The translations under genes were made by a program, and so were the position numbers. From Paraglomus brasilianum (Eukaryota), in assembly GCA_910592345.1 (NCBI GenBank), contig CAJVPI010000385.1:1-32109 (forward strand): DNA of 32,109 nt, read 5' to 3'. The notes below the pieces were generated by a model. That model did no database searches and was not told the DNA's origin. It saw nothing but the letters and a program-made list of their open reading frames with translations. Shown piece after piece: positions 25,158-32,109 of the stretch. Numbering within the stretch: the first letter of the stretch is position 1; every line of letters starts with the position of its first letter.

Positions 25158-25261
25158 AGGAACATACGCAACACTAGGAACATCCGCAATACGAGGAACA
25201 TCCGCAACGCCAAGAACATATGCAACACTAGGAACATGTACGCAACACTAGGAACATACGC
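25158..25261. repeat. 18-bp minisatellite, about 5.6 copies (consensus AGGAACATACGCAACACT)
   Basis: Units: aggaacatacgcaacact / aggaacatccgcaatacg / aggaacatccgcaacgcc / aagaacatatgcaacact / aggaacatgtacgcaacact / aggaacatacgc. Confidence 0.9.
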
Positions 25262-28200
25262 TGAACGCAAAACTCACTCCACAGGTTGTATACAACTAAA
25301 CGTATGCATAACTGTTGTAATAATCATTTTAGCAGATTTATTTACAAACGGGGAATTTTCGTGCATGTTTTCCTCCCTCGTCCAGCACATTATAAATGAC
25401 AGCCGCACAGCAGTCGACTTGCTTACTGGAATTGTGTTCCAAAATTGACCGAAGGATGTTGTTTGCTAATTGACAAGTTTCCGACATTTTTGCTAGATCA
25501 ATACAATTATGTAAGCGTTTCATACATGGTGCGACAAACCATATCAAATTCTTAAACTTGGGCTTTTCTCGCCGAATGTTATAAATAGAATCGAAACACA
25601 ACTCTGTTGGTCATACATACTGCCAATATTACTGTGTCGATTTTCAAGTCAATAATATTTAACTATACTTACGTGACTTGATAAAGTTCGTCGGATAAAT
25701 GAAGAAATTTGAAATGCATTCAATTATATGCGTGTAATGATTAACATTATCATGAGATAACATCATATTTAAATCTATTGTTTGTCTTTCGTTTGTGATT
25801 CCCATTATCGTCACTTACACATTGGTACGGCTATTATTATACATTATATCGCTCTATTAATGAACCGTCGTCTATTGGTCGATAATCAGTCAGACGCTTA
25901 AGATGCGAGCACGAATGTTGAGTAAAGTAAACAAGTTGCGAGTCATAATCCAGAAAAAAAGATCGTAGATTGCAATCTGGACTCTTACTGGACTGTGTCA
26001 TGGAAAATTCAATAAATGTTGGTTGTGTGTTCAATATCCAATATTACAGTGATTACAGCAATAAACAAACAGTTGGTCCAACCAATCGGACATTAAACCG
26101 TTTGTAGACGATAAACCAATACATCTTTCAGTGATGTAGGTAATAGCAATACAGCAATAACAATATACTACACAGATAATGATGGTTCGGGGATTCGTCC
26201 CGAACAACCCGAATTACTCTTCTTCACGTGTAACATGACGAATATGACAATGAGAAGTCAGACGATCATATCCCAAGTTGTACGTCCTTACCGTTTACTT
26301 TATTCTACTTATTATTATTATTGTTGTTATTATATCCTGGAATCGTAATCGTGCAGCTAGTTCTAAACAAGCACGATTCTGCTAGACTGTGTCTACTAGT
26401 GCATGTTTTTCATACAGTTCAACTCCATCAATCGAATCATACTCGGCGCATTCGCACATGGGTTATAAGTTATTATACAAAACTTTTTTGTGTAAACATT
26501 TTACTTAAAACATTTGTTCGATTTTTAAAATCATACCTTTTTATTCGGCATGCCAATAATAACTTTTTTTGGAAAATGGAATCGAATCGAATATCTTTAC
26601 TCCTCACCAAAGTTCGGATATTTGGGACATTTTTCTTAATAATAATTGTAATTTTCAATTGGTTTGATAGCCAAGCCAATCGGAACATGGAAGAGCTTTC
26701 TTAAGAAACATCTGCTGCAGAAACCGTATATCGTTGTCCTGTTGAAACTGCCAATAATTTTTGATGCCTTGCCGATGATTCTCTTTCATCCTGAAATACC
26801 AAACACATAGACACTTCATCTTTGCTGTTTCGGAAAACTTGGATATAAAAGTCTTGGAACAGTGATACAGGGACACTTTGATTACCGTGAACATATGATT
26901 CAGTACGCCAATCTCGAAGATTCCCCACTATTGCAGATATAACGTGACCATTGTCGTACAGATAATTACCCAATTTGGGGCAACTTGTACACGATAAACC
27001 TCGATTTTGTCACACATTAAGTGCAGTGCCTGACCAAAAAGCGAAAGTCATTATTGATAAGAATTTTCGTTTACAAAATTTCTATTATCTGTATTTATTA
27101 ACACTAATTAGTATCGTTTTGAAGCTATTACTATCGATTTTGATATTTAATCATGAATTTAAATCAATGACTACAATGAAGCTGTTGTTCGATGAAACGG
27201 CAACATTAAGTAGATCACACAGCATAGTCTTACATTCGGTAATTAGTCAGCAAACCCCGCTAAGACGTTTCAATTAGTTGCTTATTTTCTGAAAAGTAAA
27301 AACTGATGCACCTTTGTTTTTAGATTTAAATTAGAAAAATTAAATGTAGTTACAGAGTATATACAGACAATCCAAAACGAGACGAACACTTTTTCGATCA
27401 TGTCAAAAAGAAGTGAAAATTTGGTTAGCTTTAAATAAAAGAATTATCATGTTTGCGCATTTTCCGATCTAACATATTGTTAATGAATTAAGATCTGGGG
27501 AGGTTTGCAATTCTGCCTCTCTTGTAAAAGACCGATTTCGTTCATAAAATTTGTTGTGTTGTCGATGACTCGCAATTCGTATCATTTTTAATACAGCATC
27601 GTAACAGCAGTCATTTTTGTAATTATCGACAAATACGAGATGCTTGATTATGTCAAGGAAATGAAAATGAGAGACTTTCACATGATTTTATTGGAATTCG
27701 TAGACCGTTTTCGTCGGATGAACGATGATCCTGTCTGATGTACGATTATAGTCATATTAATATGTAATAGATCTGATAACCGAGGTATTATGGAGTGCAA
27801 AACTTTCCAAGGAATCGTGCGCTTGGTGTTGCTCATCAGGCTCACTACATTAATCTCTCGGTTTTTTATTATTAATTAATTAACATTCCTCGAAACGGTT
27901 TGTACGGTTTTGCGTTATCTTTAACCTGCGCTTATCATTCGCTCTTCTCGCCTGCCAAGACTATGGGAAAACCAAATTTACGTTCTTGGCTTGTTTATGC
28001 ATAATGTTTGTGATTTTAACGGGAATGGTGGTATCGTTGCACTAAGGCAATCTAGTTTTTTAATTAGTGCTTTCTAAGCAAATTCTCAAGATTTTATTTT
28101 AGTTTGCTAAAATGAATATCCGAAAATTTTCACATAACCACCAATGTGAATACTGCGTTCTGATTTACTAATCCTGTAATTAGTAAATGCAAAATAGACA

Positions 28201-30660
28201 GCAGTCAAAGGAATTCATTGGAACAAGACCACAACTGTTCACAATTAGGTAAACGCTACGAACAATTAAGATTGTATTGACAATAATCTACAAAATTATT
28301 TTTGTTTTGCCATTCTCCATAGTATGGTATACGGCAATACGGCATTTTAATTTCCACAGTTCGCTCGCAATCAAATATAACCGAGAATAGAACATCACAG
28401 GAATTACCAAATATGTCAACCCACCATGATGGGTCATGACTTAACAATATTGTCCCATTATCCGAATTAATTCAAGGCCACACATTGTGATCTCAGAATG
28501 TTTCGAACATAACGATTAATCAATGTTGTTTTTCTATAACTTGCAACAAATTTTATTTGTCAAATGCTTGGCAACCAAATATTTAGCGAGATTTGGATAC
28601 GATGGCAGCAAGTTGAATGTGAAATCATTTGTAAATTGTTTAACGTTAAAGTTGCCACCTTTCTAAATGGTGGGATGGGATAATCGACGATTATTATGAT
28701 TGGAATGGTTGATGTATGCGTTTGTGCTCGTGAATGCAAAACAACATTAATACTCGATTGGAATTGCAAGTTGTGGTAGTCCAAGTTTAAATGCTATATG
28801 AACTGTAAATTATTCAGGTTTCAAATATCCTGGAAACAGACAGTTTAATATTGTTGACAATGTTGCTATGCTAGGATCCATGGCAATCAAGAATGGAAGA
28901 ATTAGGCGGGGATAGTACTGTTTGAATATCACGCGCCACAGTTAACTAATTCTATTGGCTGGCGTGCGTTTGCGATGGTAAAAGCTACGCAAATAGAATT
29001 TCTAATTGGTAGTTAATGGGTTATGGTATTGAGATACTATTTTTATGTCAAAAATAATACGATAAGCTGATGTCATAAAAACCACAAAATGCTCACCTAT
29101 GTAGTATGTGCTTTTTTTTTATTACTTTCAGGACTTACCCATAAAAAGATTAGTCTTACGATTTTTAGACGTAAACGGGCAGCTCTTTTTACGTATCACC
29201 CGGTAAATCGGCGCTCATCGTCCGCTTGCTTGCCTTAAGTTATGCCAGTATCTCTTATTATTTTTAGTAAAGACTAGACTAAGACATTCATTACGTATGT
29301 TCCCTCGGACATTGGACCAAGGAACAGGTTTACATCTTTCCACTAATTTTGCCGTACACATTATGTCAAATAAGATATACGTGATTGACAAAATTCAACG
29401 CAAAATTCAGCTCAAATAAAGTAATATGTTGTTAGGTAAGTAAACTATTCACGATGAATTTGTTTTTTAATTCACTGCTTGCATGATGATAGCCACACGT
29501 AAATAGTTTTTGAGTTATGTTGGGAAAAAAAACACCGTTAATTGTGTACTAGGCTGTGCAGCATTCATGTATAGATTTAAGTACTTTACTTTCTTTTCGA
29601 CCAGTAGTTTTCTTAGTCTACAAGTTCTATTTTTCTCCTTGGATGTAAAGCCCAAAAATCTTGTGTGGCGATTTTGCATCGAGATGGACGGCAACAAAGA
29701 TATTGCATTGCCATTTCAATACCAGAACTTGACGTAAAGCTTCTTCCGCGTCTGCCTTTATTGAATAAGTGAAATGCGGGGTTTTTTGACAGCTGTCAAG
29801 CCTTCTGTAACAACACTCTTACAATATCAAAATAATCTCGCTGATGTAGAAATTACCGGGATTTATAACAATTAATAATGACAAACAATTTTGTAAGGAG
29901 GGGATTTGATACCGACCGTACTAACTGGGTAAATAATAATAGAGAAATATAGTCTCGCAGATGAAATATGGCGACTCGAACCCGTCTCTGGATTATTATA
30001 TCGCCCACGAACAGAAAAATTTTATTAAGGTATTTAATTAAGTAAACTTGTTTGTAACAACATGAAGAACATATTTGAAAATCTTTATGTAAAAATAATA
30101 GGATTTTTTTTGTTTTATACAAGTAATAACAAATTTTTTTGAGTTTTGAATTTTTGAAATTAGACAACATTTTAATAAGATAACTCATTAAATTGCCGTA
30201 AGTAAATTTGTTTCTCGTATAAAAATACATATATTTGTAAACTTTTATCTAATTATATTAGAAAAGAAAAATTCCAAAAATTTTTAACACACTGTATGTC
30301 ATATTCAAGTTTAACAGCGCGTCGAGACGTCAAGTTTGCTTTTTTACCATACCTTATTACAATAAGACGCGTATTTGGAGTTAAAATAGCGAATAGTATC
30401 GTTCCGTTTAATTATTCTTTACGTTAAACATGATTTCTTCTGAGCGAGTAATATCCGTTTATTGAACAAGGTGTAAATGTAAAACAAATAGTTTTCTTTA
30501 CTCACTTTTGTTACGAGAGGTTTAAAAAGTATTTTAAATTTTTTATTTATAGTCTTTTCGTTCGAACGAATCAGTTTCAAGATCGCTTGCAATAAGCTAA
30601 CAAAGTTTTATGACAAAATGTTTCGTTATGCATTAAATCGATATGTAGGGTAAATCGTGG

Positions 30661-31195
30661 TTATTTACAATTAGGGACCATATGTTTGGACAGACTTTTA
30701 GGCAAACATTCTAAATCACCATCAATGTCAGTTTCAGAAATTTAAGCATAGTTAGCTTACTATCTCTAAAGCTTCTAATGAACCATATCATAATCAAGCA
30801 TTATGCTTATAATATTTATTCCAAATATGTAACACAGCATCTTTACCATATTTCATATTTAATATCATTAGGTAAATGAATACCAATGATAATGATTAAT
30901 CTTTGTAGTTCTTTTAAATGAAATATTTTTTGAACGTCCAAATGAGGAAAATTGTTATTAGATATATAAAAAGCTCCTAAATGAATATTGTTAGTTAATA
31001 TTAAATCAATATCTGTTAGATAATTGTCACGATAAGAAAATTCAACTATTTTCTTACATCTGCTAATTATAATCTCTAACAAAGTTAATTCGTTCTCTGA
31101 TAAATTTAATTGAGTTAACCACAGATGAATTTTTAATTTAATCTCTTTTTCTGAGCATAGATTTTCCTAATCCCTTTAGTTTCGTATTCATATTT
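30661..31195 (-). pseudogene. Decayed leucine-rich-repeat gene
   Basis: Fragments across frames read LTQLNLSENELTLLEIIISRCKKIVEFSYRDNYLTDIDL, YISNNNFPHLDVQKIFHLKELQRL, YGSLEAL and ISETDIDGDLECLPKSL. They are interrupted by stops and frameshifts, and the DNA is very AT-rich. Confidence 0.7.
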
Positions 31196-31304
31196 TAAGA
31201 CAGCTTTGCAGTGCACACATTATATAATAATAAGCAATTCTCATTTCTTTACCGGAACTCAGAAGCTAAAGCCAATTATTTACATAACACGGTTGTTACT
31301 AACA

Positions 31305-32085
31305 TTAATATTCCGTACTATTGAACAACACTTTCCAAGTAGAACCATTAATCGACACAGGTTCATCTTTCTTTGCATATTTTATAGTGCCTTTCCACTC
31401 ATCAGGATCAATGACCACATTCACCAGAGTCAAATTGTAAGAGCGATTTCCAAAATATTCACGCAACGTAACTTTGGGGCAAAGATTGACCATGAACATC
31501 TGGCAGTCATGGAGCCTTCTGAATTCTTCAGCATGCTCACAATGTTTGTCGAATTCTTTCTCACTAGTACTAGCTGCAATGACTAGTTCAAAGCCATACG
31601 AAGTCAGGATGGAACCATTTCGAATGAGAAGATCCAATTGCTGTTTACAATCTTTTTTACTGCACTCTTCCTTATCGCGCTCTTTAACTTCTACCAAGGT
31701 TTTATATTGCAAGAGTGGGTATGCCAATGGGAGCAAATTTCTGATGATGGTGGCGAATTCGGATTGGAATGCATACTCTGATGGATTTCTATCAGCATCC
31801 AAGACTTTTGAATCATAAAGGTGATGAATGTATAAGTTCTGTATGGAAAGAGGGTACTTAGTCAAAAAATTCCAATATTGTTCTGTTGCCAACAATTTTC
31901 TGCATAGTACCCACCTCAATTACACGTGCCAACAACCACTGAGGATCAAGTTCTTTTGCATCCAGTGCACTCTGAGATAGATAAACTGTATGCATGGTTA
32001 TGCTGGAAAGTATCAAACTGCAGAGTATAGGATGTAAATAGCCGATTTTGCTATTTACTACGGAATTGTTTAATTGGTCAAAAAT
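31305..32085 (-). CDS. 3' part of a Crinkler-like gene with a restriction-endonuclease-fold (PD-(D/E)xK-like) domain; exons ~32085-31915 and 31838-31305; 5' end unresolved, possibly a pseudogene
   Basis: An intron GTGGGT...GACTAA...ATACAG (31914-31839) joins ELDPQWLLARVIE to NLYIHH. The motif series PSEYAFQSEF...LVEVKE...LDLLIRN...YGFEL...FDKH...MFMVNL fits an E..D..E nuclease fold. An in-frame TGA lies at 32088-32086. Confidence 0.6.
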
Positions 32086-32109
32086 TCACTCCCATGTATT
32101 TTAGAGTTG

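Noticed and set aside
25158..25261. CRISPR-like array
   Set aside because: The units are contiguous 18-mers without unique spacers, there are no cas genes, and the context is eukaryotic.
25338..28800. Scattered 60-130 aa ORFs (e.g. 25338-25601, 26701-26973, 28560-28784)
   Set aside because: They show no recognisable motifs or consistent exon chain. They may be decayed genes, but I cannot assign them.

Overview
This is AT-rich, intron-rich eukaryotic DNA from a fungus. The gene families (tyrosine-kinase-like kinase tail, MATA-type HMG box, Crinkler-like nuclease, LRR relic) point by inference to an arbuscular mycorrhizal fungus (Glomeromycotina). I rebuilt spliced gene models by hand from GT..AG junctions. 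In order they are: the 3' end of a kinase (+), SSH4-like SPRY protein (+, 3 exons), FIG4 phosphoinositide phosphatase (-, 15 exons), a single-exon MATA-HMG transcription factor (-), a Lys-rich protein with a divergent Smr domain (-, 2 exons), a CDC25-family RasGEF with SH3 and three WW domains (-, 7 exons), a decayed LRR gene and the 3' part of a Crinkler-like nuclease-fold gene (-). The most notable unexplained features are a ~1.7 kb segment bounded by 66-bp inverted repeats that seems to carry a decayed HMG-box-like gene, and an exact Ste11-type TR box upstream of the intact HMG gene. I found no rRNA, tRNA or CRISPR array, and no clearly complete novel multi-gene system. All family calls are by eye and need HMM or BLAST confirmation.
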